Positions 12,387 to 25,805 of a stretch of 64,000 bases of DNA are shown piece by piece. The position numbers were made by a program, and so were the translations under genes. Position 1 is the stretch's first letter. Every line of letters begins with the position of its first letter. This stretch comes from Balanoglossus misakiensis (Eukaryota > Animalia > Hemichordata): positions 9,411,677 to 9,475,676 of the forward strand of contig CM082592.2 of NCBI GenBank assembly GCA_040954595.2. Direction: 5' to 3'. The notes beneath the pieces are model-generated. The model worked only from the letters and a program-made list of their open reading frames with translations, made no database searches and had not been told where the DNA came from.

Positions 12387-15352
12387 TTATTTTGCTACAC
12401 GATATATTTCTTGGACTTTTTCTCGCAGCAGTGACATTAAAAGGTCAACGGTATCGACGTGACAGCGAAAATGCTGGAGGCAGGTCCTCAGGCGGTATTT
12501 CCCGTGGATTTGTGTGGAAGACAAAAACACTGATCCGTCCTCCAAGATCTTGTCCAGAAGCTCTTGATTGAATCGTTTGTTTATCTTCTCGTTTCCGATT
12601 TCGTAGTGAAAGGTAACGACTGTAAGTTGTGGGTAGTTCCCAACAACAAACCCTGGCGATTCTAAGATATCAGTAGAAAAGGGGACATATTTGCATATGT
12701 AATACTCAACTATTGTCGTTACAGGCAAAGTAAACTGGACGGGTGTTTTTATTTGTTATTCTTGATATGTAAATCATGATATCGGGACATTACCTGCAAG
12801 TCTTGAGTAAAGGTCTCGTGCTAGAGTAACCTTTTCCCTCAGGCAATCCCTGAAGAGTTTCACTCCGTACAGTTGCAGAGGTAGCCACATTCTAGCCCCC
12901 CTGTAATGATAAGAAAGTCCGTAAAGTATAGGGACTCAAAGGAGTCGAAATGTAATAATACTGATTGCAAAATGAAAAATATACTAAGAGATGCAATTTG
13001 TTTTGGAACCAAGACTCCTTGTCAAACACACCGAAGGGCATTGAATATGCATACCTGAAGTGTTTTGAAAGTTCAAACGACAGGTTTCTTGGGCTGTCTT
13101 CATCATTGTGGAGATTGTCGACTTCTTGCAAATATGCTGCCTTTCCGCGAGCAGTGTTTGCCTCTCGTAGTTTACATCCCTCCTTTACGATAACAATTCC
13201 CGTGCCAAGTGGTAGAAATAAACCTGCCCGGATAAATCAAAGAGAATATGTAACATACTTTCTAATAATATGCAATGCAAAGTAATCTTTGCGTGTATCC
13301 TTATCAATTAATTATGTCATAAATTGTGACTGTATAGGTTTTTCATGCTGAAATGTTAGCAAACAAGTTGGTATAGATGTGTGATAGCACGGTATTGTTA
13401 TATTACTTTTATGGGGGTCCACTATGATGGAATCGGCTCTGTTAACACCTCTGAAGTGGTCTTTCATCTCTTCCAACAAGGCATAAAATCCACCATAAGC
13501 AGCATCTACGTGGAACCACAAACCATACTCTTCTGTGACGTCAGCAATTTCATCTACGGGATCGACCGAGCCGACATTCGTGGTACCCAACGCAGCCACT
13601 ACGATGGACGGTATCAAGCCGGCCTTTATGCAAAAGACATCAAAAAGGACCACGTTGAATAGTATCGGGGACTATTTTTGCTGAATGGGTGGGTATGCAT
13701 TCGTTATTAGTCAATTCCGTATTCAAACACACACTCTGAAAATGTACTGGATGGATTAACGTCAGTATCTCGGTAGTGCGTACCTTTTGGTCATCTCTGA
13801 TCATCCTTCTCAGTTCCGTCGGAATCATTCGGAACTCGTCGTCCATCGGCACTTTCCTGACGATAGCCTCATGGAGACCAATCACGTTAAGAGCCTTCTG
13901 TACACACATGTGAACCGCGTCGGTCACGTAGACAACGGTTCTGTAAGGCAACGGTGTGCATGGATGACAAAATGCGGATGAGCTGGAGAATATATATTCC
14001 TAGCCTTCATATTGTGAAAGAGCAGTGTATATACATGTACTTTTTTTCTACCAATAGGCCTACATTGATAACGAACTCGTGTCGTGTCTGTGTTAACAAT
14101 ACATATATTATTTTCGTAAAGACACATTTGACGGTACCTTTCATAGTCACGTCCCTTTAGCCGTTTACTGTGTCTTGCGGTTAACAACGCCAGTACAGTG
14201 GCGGTTGAACCTCCAGAGGCGATATTGCCAGCAAAGCCCGGCGGGAAATCGAAGAGACCCGCAACCCAAGATATCATCATGTTTTCCATGTGAACTGCAC
14301 CAGGACAAGTTAAAACCGAGGCTGAAAATTCCAATTTGAAATAAAACTATAAATACGCATAATATACATTTAAATATCTTTTAGACAAAAGGATTCTATT
14401 TCAGAACAGAACAGGTCGAGTACAGATGGGTGTGTATGCTCACACACAAATATCGACAGATCATCACTACAAATGTCTTCAAATAATTCAAATATCTGTC
14501 AAGTTTGATTTGAAATTTAAAAATATCGCCTGCATATTTTGCCTCCATGTACTGTTTAACCCCTCCCTTAAAGTTCAACACTAGAAACGCCCATACTAAC
14601 CGGCTTGTCTGTTGGTAACTGCGGCCAGGTAGTCTCCCAGAGCTGATGGATAAATGCCTCCGCCTGGTATGAAACCGATATAACCACCGTGATTATGTTG
14701 TACACCATCTCCAAGGACATGTTCCTCGAATATTGCCAGAAGAGTGTCTGCGCAAAGAAAAAAAACATCACTTTTGTCATTCCTATGGTTACCCTGCATT
14801 TTAATAAAGAGCTCTCGCGCTGTTTTGTGGCATTTACGGCTCATAGTTAGCCACAATAGAATCATTCTCACAAAGTGTAAGTCAAGCGATTTCGCCTAAA
14901 TCCATTGCTTTTTATAAACCTCTGCCATGCTACGTTTAACTGAATAGTGTTTCTGTCCAGCGTAAGCGCACTGGGCAAGAACAATGTATTAGTGCGACAA
15001 GTGTCGCACTACAACTATAAAACAGTGTATTACTCCGCCTGACTACAGATTTTCTTGTACACAGTAAACACCACCATTATTTGCTTCGCATTACGTCAAT
15101 ATGTATCATTAGAGGTTTACTGCGCTTCCTTGTACACAAGTATAAAAACCTCTTACCAATATCTCTTGGTCCCTCTTGGATAGGATGTTCCAACAACCCA
15201 GCTGCTCTGTCTGTTTTCATCGCAAAGCATGGCACTTGTTTCGCTTCTATCTTCTGCAGGTGTGCTTCGGCAAAGTCTAGGGTTTTCCCAGCAAGAGTTC
15301 GCCGTTCTCCGGGGCCAATCTCCAAACTTCGAAATCCACCTCCCGCTTCCAT
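12387..15352 (-). CDS. Group II PLP-dependent (aromatic) amino-acid decarboxylase, bacterial-type, 483 aa
   Basis: Eight phase-consistent exons: 15352-15157, 14747-14601, 14321-14138, 13940-13784, 13623-13407, 13223-13055, 12900-12794, 12661-12387 (1452 nt). Motifs YIGFIPGGGIYPSALGDYLAAVTNR, SGGSTAT, HMCVQKA, GTTNVGSVDP, WFHVDAAYGG, PLP lysine DPHKSLFLPLGTG, ELSKHFRGARMWLPLQLYG. Confidence 0.93.
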
Positions 15353-16392
15353 AGTTCTACCGGCAGATTATATGATTTCCGATTATTTCCATGATGCCAA
15401 GAAACACTGTTCTGTTTTGTCTTTTCTGTCTGTGGTATGGTAGGAATCGCTAATGACTGAGATGCATGTGAGAGGGGGTGAAAACTTATTTTTCATTCAA
15501 AAATGACAGCAGACTTACCCGGCAAGCTGGAGTATTCTTTGGAATTCTACGCAACGTTGGCCACAAGCGTCGTGCGACGTTAAAAGGTACAGACTGGAGA
15601 TACATTTCGTTTTTATTTGCATTATATATATAGTCGCGAAATTACAGAAATTACTTCATGCTCACGTGACTTGCCAGTTTACAACGCGTCGCATTGAAAC
15701 TGAATGTTATTAATGGCCGCATGTGACGACGCGCTCGCTCGTTCTTACAACAGACATTGTTTTAGCTATCCAGTAACCTATACACGTTCCGCAACCGCCA
15801 CCATTTCCTTAACGTGTTCTGACTCGTGGGAATTCGCGCACGCAAAGCTGAGCTAAAATAACGATCACATGTAGCTTATTTTGTCGATGCAGTAATAGTG
15901 TTATATGTCCTCTGCCCTAAAACCTCATTTATCATTATGATTAATACTAATAATATACAATCACACAATGGTAAAATACAGTAAAATACAGTTGGTGCGT
16001 CTTGACCTTCTTTGTTATATACAGTAAAATACAGTTTGATATAGTCCAATTTTGTCAAATGATAAAAACGAAGTAAAAAGTCTGTTATTCTGTTATTGGG
16101 AGCGTTAAAAGTCACTTAGGCCAAGTACTGATATAACAATTCTACCCGGGAATGGGTCGCGACCAAACCAGTGCGCTCTCTCATAATTCCACACACACAT
16201 ACATACACGTTTTCTGTCGGAAAGGTCCCCCTTTCAATGCTATTTGTCAGTACAGTTATTGTGTTGGGGGGGGGGCAGTACGTCAAGTGAGGATCGGAGA
16301 CGGGAGGTCAGTCGAAGAACTTTTGCCACAAAATGGAGGAAAAACAACCACTGCTGGGGAGGTCACCGAACAGACCAATCAGCACGCTTGTC

Positions 16393-17550
16393 TCACACGG
16401 TGACGGGCGGTGGCTTCTTCTCGCTCTCGCGAAGGCGTTGCTCTCCTGGCGCGTTCCCAGCGAAGAGGAAATATCCTATGCCGACTCCGATTGCGGCTGA
16501 AAATAGAATCCATGCGTTGTACTTCATCACGAGCAACATAGCTAAATAGCCGAGCAAGAGGTGTATGACGTGAAGAACGCTTAGACCCACATGATATTTG
16601 AGTCTGTAAAAAAGGATATGCAAATTGCAATTAGTATGCAAAGTACACAAAATGGCGACACCCTTCCGAGAGATCCACATTAGATTTGGGAGAGGTGAAA
16701 GCGTTTTACAATCATTTACCCCAAACCAAGTGATTTCATATCCTCACCTTCGTCTGTCAATGTGTTGACGTCGGTGTTTCGGTTGGGATTTCTCATTCTC
16801 GTCCTGCAACGGTTCCTTTTCTCCATTTCCAATTTTGTTGTCATGAGTTTCAACCTTCGAAATCTCCGCCTCATATTCTAACCAACGGTTGACGTCCATG
16901 TAAATCGACAGCGCCCTCTTTAGTTTAGGATCTGTGACCGTCGACGGGTCCGCCGGACGTCGGTAAGGTCTGGTGGCGGCCGCTTGGCGGTGTTTGTCGA
17001 GCAGCGATTGGTCGGCCAATTCCCGGTTCCATTTCCTGACAACTGATTGGACGTAGGTCTCCAAAAACATCAAAGTAGCAGTGAGCACACACACCCCAAA
17101 CAGACCTGCAATCACAACGAAAGAGGAATGTAAAACGTGCAAGGCAGAAATAAAATGTTTTCTCACCAGACTGGTACCTTTATTGTAATAAGGAAACCGG
17201 CACATAATTGCAATTTGGAAACCAGCCAGGCCTTACCTAGAGCTGAATCCACCCGCCACTGCTGAACCAAGATATTACCAATAGAGTCACCAAAATAAAA
17301 GTATTTCTGTTCGGACAATGGAAATTAAAAGTCTATGAAATTTATAGGAAAACAGATGCAAGTAACTCTGTACTGTTATTTGTTACTTCCTGGAATGACT
17401 ATGGACACAGCAGAGAGAGTGTACGTGAAAGTATGAGCTTTCTTTTCTCATGCACAGAAGCAGTACATGTAGTGGAGCGATATCATTGCCCTTTACTCAA
17501 ATTCCAAGTAGACATAGTTCACAGTAGCAATCCTCACTTACCCGCATCAT
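16393..17550 (-). CDS. CTR/SLC31 copper-transporter-like protein B, ~215 aa
   Basis: Exons 17550-17542 (MMR), 17306-17237 (KYFYFGDSIGNILVQQWRVDSAL), 17105-16748 and 16603-16393 (LKYH...LGYLAMLLVMKYNAWILFSAAIGVGIGYFLF). Contains MxxxM and GxxxG. The 70-nt exon 2 and intron phases are the same as in paralogue A. Confidence 0.9.
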
Positions 17551-20500
17551 ATTGCAGTCATATGTTGTGATCCCAATTTCCTTCTCATTATCCGGCTACT
17601 CAGCTATAAGCCGTACGTCCATTACCTGGAAAAGACGTATTCCAAGGATCTCAGTGTGTCAAGTGAAAAACAGTCAGCAATACAGCCACCGGGAGGATTT
17701 GAGACAGGAAAAATTTGCATACGGAGTGTACTGCATATCTGACAGGTGGGGAGTAAGCCTCTCGCCTAGTAAACACTCAGGTTAGCCTAGTAGACACAGA
17801 TGACGGAAAAAAACGAATCCGGGTTATATAATTTCCGGGTTGAAGACCCTGTGACCAAATCATGAAATCTGAGACAACGGACTGGTGGGCGGCAAACTTG
17901 GAAAGCTTCGTTACGCTGGTTACTAACCCCCAACAAAAAATACTTTAAAAATCGTCGAATATTTGGAACTTTTCAACCTCTTAGTAGACTACTTTCTAAC
18001 GTTTCTGTAACTTTGCCATATAAGATTTACCAATGGTGACATTATATTATGCTTTTGTAAAAAACAACAACATAAATTGCAGGTGAGTACATTTATTCTT
18101 TGGACTGGTCAAATGGTAAGACCTCTTTTCAAGTTAATGGAAGGGCGATTCATTGCCTGTTTATACAATCCCTTCAGACATGACTCATAATTTATTTCAG
18201 GAAACCCTTTCTAGCTGTCACCTTTTTCTAGCTGTTCTTCACGGGTGATAGATCGTAAACAGACCACGCCACATACCTCAACGGAATGGCGGTTGCTCTA
18301 TCCACGGCCGAAAGGTTGACAACAGTGTCATGTGACGGGTCACATTACTGGTCAGCTGATCTTTTCCCCGTATCAGGTACTTACACGCACTGGACCCCAG
18401 TGGACGAGAACAAGGCTGTGTTCGTTACGCCATTAAATCACTCTCACTATATTTACATGCTCTTTCAATCAAGAGCCCCGCCCCGGCCATGGTTATGTGT
18501 ATCGCAACTGTGTAAAAGTGGGAAAAACTAAAATTGCATAAACGAATTTTTGTAATTCTATTTACGCACTTCGTTCATTTGCTGAAATTTACCTTCGTTG
18601 GAATTTTGGTCGACGATCTTCCATATTTTTTATTCGAGGGGGCTGGAAACATTTGGAGGGTACGGTGCAGCTATCTAGGTCAGCGTATTTCGAGTAGCTG
18701 TATATTTTCGGCACATTCCCTTAGCTTATAAACACACCATTGAAACGATGGTAAGCCTATACGTCGAAACTGTGCAACTTGGCCAAGAATGCGGACTGAT
18801 CAAATTCCTTACTCAGCTTCGGGGTTGTTCCAAAGTTTAGCTCGCCTGTTTCCGTCCTTCTCTGTTCAGCCGCCAATTAGAGCTACGAGGAAGAACCAGA
18901 TTTTGTTCTCCTTACGTAACAACACCTGACATATTCTTCTTTGCTGTGGTCAACCCGCATGTCCAACTTTAATTAAGGACCCGCATGACACATGCTACAT
19001 TAAAGTCCCAATAGGCGCCATATTCTCATGTGTGCCTGGAGCTTACTTCTACGTTTAAAACAGTACAGTGTATTACAGAAGTTATAAGAAAACGACATTT
19101 TAACGATGGACCGGTATCAACAGGTCAATGCATCCGAATCACAATTGCAGCGCGCAAGACACAACAATACATTGCCCACGTATAGCGTATCGCCACGGGT
19201 ATATGTATAAACTATTGACATCTTCCAATGGCATATAAAACGTCTAAACATACAAAGGTGTACGATACGGCGGGCCAGTGAATTTCTGCCAAAGCGCCCA
19301 TTGTCTGAACCGAATGCAGCAGACGGCTTATTCTGTTTACTACTCCGCTCACCTTGTCGCAAGAAACAAGTATTAAACATCTGATGGACTAAAAATTCTC
19401 ATCCGGAATTCTCCAGGAATATTCTTCACTGTCATTGAGTTTGAGCGGATTACGACTGAATAATTGATACTCGATTATACCCCTGACAGTGTACAAAGTA
19501 TCACCTTATGGCTTTCTGAACTTTTAGAACACTCCTGTATTCGTTTTGCATTGAAGAAAGAACCCGCCCTGCTTTTAGTTTATTTTAAGGTATTCCATCA
19601 CAATGCAGCTTCAAGGCCGATTGCATTCACTTGCATGCCGCGATCCCTGGTGCATCCCAATTGACAAAAGAAAGCGGACAGTCCTTGTCTGACCATGATG
19701 TATTAGTTTAAATGAGAAAAATAACACGAGATTCCCCAAGCAACGTTCACGGCTAAGTCACAGTCGCGAGTGGGCTTGGCTAAGTTTGAACTTCTCGCAG
19801 CAGAAGAGATTTGGGGATATCTCTTATGTAAGAGTGTAGGCCTGCAAATTGTTGTGCCCCATCACTGCCCCTCGCTTTTGAAGCTTACCTTTGATTTAGA
19901 TATTCGAGTACAAACACCACAGCTGAACTCCGGGGAAGCAACTTGACTGAGCGCCGTTCTGGTGCACTGGGTTGGGCAAGCTAGATTTTCACAGTTCAAT
20001 GTCATAAAAGTGAATGTCGTGTCGTTTCCTCTGTGTTTATCGACACGAATCCTTGGACATGACAGGTCGGGCTCGACAAGTGGCCGAATTCTAAGTGCTT
20101 CGGCAATTTAGACCACGGCCCGATTTTTTTTGTTCACTTCAGTAAGCTTGCCAATGTAAAAGCTTCGTCGCTCAACCGGGCCAGATTCATATGCAAAATG
20201 CACGACACAGCGACACCCTGCATTGGTCAGGTGACATGTCATGTGTGTGCCCCAGCTGACTGAGGGTTTCTTTTTAGTTCAGTCCGTGTCCCTGTTCAAC
20301 CCAGATATTCCGGTTCAAACCGCACCACTTCGAGTCAAACTGGGGCTGCCAATAATTAAAGAGACATTACAAATACAATTGCCGCGATTATTTACGACCA
20401 AGGTGTGTGTATACAGACCAGAACTTTACGGTTCCCGCACTACAAATCACCCCCTTGTTGCTTGATGTATCAGCACCGTATCGCAGAAGGTCTTGCCCGC

Positions 20501-23500
20501 TATAAATTTACAAGACTAGGTAAACACTATTCCTTTCACATACAACACTGCATTAATAGAGCACTGGTGCTAATTATTAAACTTTTTTCGAGCATTTCAT
20601 TCAAACATGCAGGTATGGGCAACGTGAGAAGATGTAAAATGTCGATTCAGTGTTAAACAGTTTAATCACAACTTAACACATTTTGCCTCTGTGGACATCG
20701 GACGTTGACGTCATACACAAACTGTAACACGCAATACGTCATCTATATATGTTTACTATTGCAACAAACACGATGCCAGTCTGTCCCAGATAAACACTCG
20801 GTCAGATTGATCTCTCTGCATGGCATAGCTGCCGATACAATTAGGGCGCCGCCTAGTGCTGACAATGTGTGGACATCGATAAACAGTTTCCTTGATCATA
20901 TATATTTAGCGCCATCTGTTGTCGAAATAATGTGAGCGCGACAGTTCGAGAAAATTAATTTTCCTCCGACACCCGACAATCAGTCGTCGCCTCACTGAAC
21001 AGGGTTTCTTCAGTGCGCAATTGTATACAATACGCGGACTTTGATCAACAACACAAAGTTCGCATAAGGAGACAGGGTCGAAAGCCAATAACAATTCAAG
21101 GCGGGTACTTCACGCTAGTTTTATCGTCTGGTGCATCAACAGTCAGCCCTCCCTATAGTCTGCATTGTTCCGTGTCCCGTAGCCATAGTGCGGTCTGTAC
21201 ATTCTGAAAAGACCGTCGCGCAGCGTCGACCTGTAGGCTGTTGTGAAGTGCGGTGATTAATATTTAAATTAGGCGCCCCGCATGTAGGACAATGCATGCG
21301 TTGCTGTATTGTCAGAGTGGGTATAAGATAATACGGACAGCAGTTCTGGTAGGGACAAGATCAACGACTAGCGGTGCACACCAGGTCTATTAGTGATTGG
21401 AACACGTCGGAGATCAATGACGTGCTTGGTTTACATAAGGTAATTAAGTATTCAGCCTTTTAAAGCACTCTTGCAAACTGACGGATAATGATACACTTTG
21501 CATAGAAAACATGCTCATCGCAAGTTGCGCAGACTGCTCGGTTGCTATGATGTATGACTCCACGGCAAATGATGGGAAATAGCTGTCGAAACTGGCTTTT
21601 GACAAAATAACAGGATATTTCCGTATTGGCGTGCTTTTCCGTCCAAACATTACCTGGCCCATTTTCCAGACACTGTTCCAAGTCACAGTGACTAATGACT
21701 CACATAGGCCCAGTTGTTTACGACCACTTTGCGATTTCTATAATAGCAAAGTCATTCCTCGACAATTGAGCGAATTGTCCACGGCTTTCGATTCAGTGCA
21801 GCCAACGTCTGCAGTGTAAACCTGGGGCGTTTTCCGTGTGAACTCAAAGTCACCTGCTTTATATGATCCTTAAGCGTATATGTGTAATTTGGCCTTGACA
21901 TACATTTGGTTGTACGTAATACGACATTGTATTCAGCTGATTGTACTTGCATTGCTCGTACATAACTTCAAGAAATGTACAGTACTACATTTTGTATATA
22001 TATAGGCCTAGGCCATTTTTACAAAAAGAAGTTCCAGGTCACCGATCCCATTAGTGATTTACTGCAATGATAAACAACCGTGAAAGTTGTCTGTAATATT
22101 GATCTACGTGTGTATTTTTTATCATTTCAGATACTTTAAATAATTGACTGCGCAAAGCGGTTTTGATGATTTCCGCAGAAAGTTGTCACGTCTGGTCGCA
22201 ACGTTGTGCTGACAAAACTCGCCGTTTCCTTCAGGCTGACTAGCGGCTATAGGCAGTGAGCTTTCTGTCTTGTTGAACTTTGAAAGATAACATGGGTTGC
22301 CATAGTAGCAAATCATCCGATGTCTCCAAATCATCGAATCAGAACCACGATCAAAGGTAAGCATTGGGTTTTGTAAAATCAGGTACTTCTGTGCTGTTTT
22401 CTAAAAATATATAAATGCCTTGAAATCGGTTGGCGATCGAACATGCAGTTTCCAAGAAGACTTTAAAGAGCGAAAACAGTTGCTATTCGCCCGGTGGATC
22501 ACCTGGAAAAAATATTTCACACCGTACTGGCGGGCGTTGACCACGAAGTTATTAACCCCTGCTGTCATCAAGCGCTCTGCAAACGCATACACACACACGC
22601 GACTAACTGGGTTTTGAGGCTGAAACATCTTTTCATTCCAATGTTTCCTTTGAAAACAGGATTAAACGTTGTACACGTGTTGATCTGCACGAGTACAACC
22701 CCCCCCCCCCCCGCGCGTTCCTCTACCCGCATTGTAACAATCGCATTCGAAGGTTCAGAACAGTGGCTTTGTGAACAGAGCCTAAACGTTCTATTGACAA
22801 GGTGGCCCTGGTACTGGATGAATGTCCAATATCTAGAGCAGCCTTGGACTCGGGTACTGGCAAATAGCATGACGCGGATGAGCAGTGAAAACAAACGATA
22901 AATTTAGCACTGTCGCACACAGACCCGGCCCGGCAGCGAGTCCTATTGGGCGACAAAACGGTAAAAACCTCCCAACAGAATTCATAACTACACTTCTCGC
23001 TTCGGCGTGTAAGCTTTGAGCGTTGATCATCGAAGAAGTTGCAAGGTAGGTCGCTCGTCCAAGCATAGTGTTCTCCATTTGCATTCATCGCATGTGAATT
23101 TATGGTGACAATCAACCAGGTGCAGATATAGATGATCGGTGCGCTTTTCTGTCTGACTAAATCTGTCTGCATTTGTAATTGATAATTTGCTTCGTCACCA
23201 TCGCTCCGATTGATTTGGTATTGGCCTGTATGCTGACTGCTGTGTGACATATAAGATGTGCGTGTAATGTTAAAGGAAATCACTGATCCATACAAAAACC
23301 GAAGCAGACTAGATAGTTTTACGCTAGCACTTTGTTTCAACGCACTCCGTATACGCTCGTCATCTCAAGGTGTCTGTCACCGAATCCGGAACACATTATC
23401 TTCTCCGGGCGAAAGCGGGGCACGCGACGGTCATTGATTTACATCGCTTGAAAATGTAATCATCGGATCGCTGAACTATGCGTTGACGGTTTGACCTCCG

Positions 23501-23656
23501 TTTGTCCTACTTTCATGAACAACCGGGGGATATGGCCAAGAAACATGCGTGATTGTACACCAAAACGACGCAAGTGCGCGCATCACAGGGCGTTTAGGAC
23601 TATACGAGGCATTACTACTACTAGAATTAAAAACATTTTTTCTTTCGTTTTCCAGC

Positions 23657-24836
23657 ATGACAAGTCATGAAGAGAACTTCCCTGTGGTTGTTAGTATAGA
23701 TTGGCTGTCTGGAAAGTTCAATGATGGCAGTGTTGGCGATATTCGCATATTGGATGTATCTTGGCACATGCCCCAAACAAAGAGGGACCCAGTGGCTGAG
23801 TACGGGGAGAAGCACATCCCTGGGGCCCTGCTCTTGGATCTAAATACCTGCAAAGACACATCCTCCGAGCTGGAGATGATGCTGCCCTCAGCGGACACGT
23901 TTGCCGAACACCTCGGGAAGTTGGGCGTGGACAACGACACGCACGTTGTCCTGTACGACAACAACGAGAAACTTGGCATGTTCTCAGCGCCCAGGGCTTG
24001 GTACATGTTCCGCGTCTTCGGGCACGACAAGGTGTCCGTCCTCAACGGCGGTCTCCCGAAGTGGATTGCCGGGGAACACCCGACAACTGGCGAAATCCCA
24101 GACGTGCAGTCGGTCAAATACTCGGCGACGTTTCGACAAGACCTCGTCAAGGATAGAGAAGATGTCCAAAGTAACATGTCGGAGAAGAGGTACACGTTGG
24201 TCGACGCGCGCCCTCCTGGCAGGTTTAAGGGAGAGGATCCTGAGCCGGTACCCAGTGAGTATTACATATTTACATATTTGTTATCCTCAAGACCCGGATG
24301 AAAAGAAAATGTCTTGTATTGTTTATACATGTTTGCGTTACTGTAATGTTATACCAGTTTTGTGATTAGCACGCTACTTGATGTTAGGCTGTACACACTG
24401 CCACTAATCAATGAGATGTAAACCATGTAAACATGGTATAGATCGAACCAACTCTACATGTGATTTTAATCAGATGGCTCTGACGCGTACATCGTGACAG
24501 GCTCGTTCATAAGAGAAGGTAACTCGCTCTCATTTCGTGTTCACAGACATCAAATCTGGCCACATCAAAGGCACGATCAATATCCCGTTTTCAAAAACCC
24601 TCGATCCGGACACCAAAGAATTCAAGAAACCCGACCAGCTGCAGGCGCTCTTCAATGATAACAACGTTGATTTAAAGAAACCGTTGGCGCTCCTGTGTGG
24701 AACCGGACTCACTGCGAGTTTCCTGGCGTTGGCGGCGTACTACACCGGCAAGGCGGACGTGCCGATCTACGACGGCGCTTGGATGGAGTGGTTTCTCAAA
24801 GCAGACGCCGATACCATGGAAAACGTGCCTGAATAA
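23657..24836 (+). CDS. MPST: 3-mercaptopyruvate sulfurtransferase / rhodanese (tandem rhodanese domains), 295 aa
   Basis: Exons 23657-24254 and 24547-24836. Motifs LDVSWHMP, HIPGA, APRAWYMFRVFGH, VLNGGLPKW, LVDARPPGRFKGEDPEP, GHIKGTINIPF, YDGAWMEW. The active-site loop CGTGLT is closer to MPST (CGSGVT) than to TST (CRKGVT). Confidence 0.93.
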
Positions 24837-25805
24837 CGGGTTCAGTCCTCATTTACAAACATTTCAATAAGCAGATGGAAAAGTAGGTTCCTTTATAGAA
24901 TAGAAAATTTATTGTTTATGGATATGTTGGGGAGAGAATGTGTTAGGGAAAGGAACCAATTTCTACAGTACTTTATCAAAGCGATGATAGTCTCTACAAT
25001 TAGATAATTAAAGGTTCTTATACAGTGCACATATGCATATGTAGGCATATTAAATTCCACTTTTTGGAACCAGGGTGGCAAAACAATAGTTGGCACGTGC
25101 AGCCGTAATTAGCGCAGCATAGCTAAGCATGCACACACGTGCAATCTCTATCCTTCTTCCATAATGTACTACCGGATGGAGAGAAGCGAAGTTGTTTTCT
25201 CAGGGAGACAAACCCAGTACGATATGTATTTAACAGTACTAAGACAGATACTGACAGGGTGGAGGTCGCCCCGTCTGCGGCTCCCATTGAAAGTAGATAA
25301 ACCATTTACGTAAAAAAAAACTCACGAAATTAAAATAAAATCGCGATGTCAAGTGAAATGTGGAGAGTGAGATGTTTATAATAACAGCTAGATTAATATT
25401 GTGGCTACTTTGACAAAATTTCTCAGCAATAAAAAATAAATATCCGACTCGACCAACCATTGGTATTGCTGAAAAATGCTATCGTCTCACATCTTCTCGC
25501 TTGGCCTGATTTATGTTGACACGTGCCATGTAAGTACTAAAATACACATCTTATGTTGAGAAAGTACTAGTAATAAATAAATTAATATGATCTTAAATCA
25601 ATGTATTTGTGTCTGTTTTTGCCAGTGCGAACGTGGAAGTAACGAATGATTGGGTAATATTCGTCTCCTTGAGTTCATGAACGGCAGCCGTGTGGTAAAT
25701 ATATCTATATGATATGTAAAAAAATTCATAGGCAAACTGTAAAAATAAATATTGCACCTGCTCATACCGAATTTCAGTTTCATGATGACAAACGTGGTCA
25801 TCATC

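Noticed and set aside
12387-15352. Bacterial contamination as the source of the decarboxylase
   Set aside because: Seven canonical phase-consistent GT-AG introns and contiguity with animal genes argue against it.
22401-23340. Several 80-205 aa ORFs upstream of MPST
   Set aside because: They have non-ATG starts or no recognisable domain, and no consistent splice structure.
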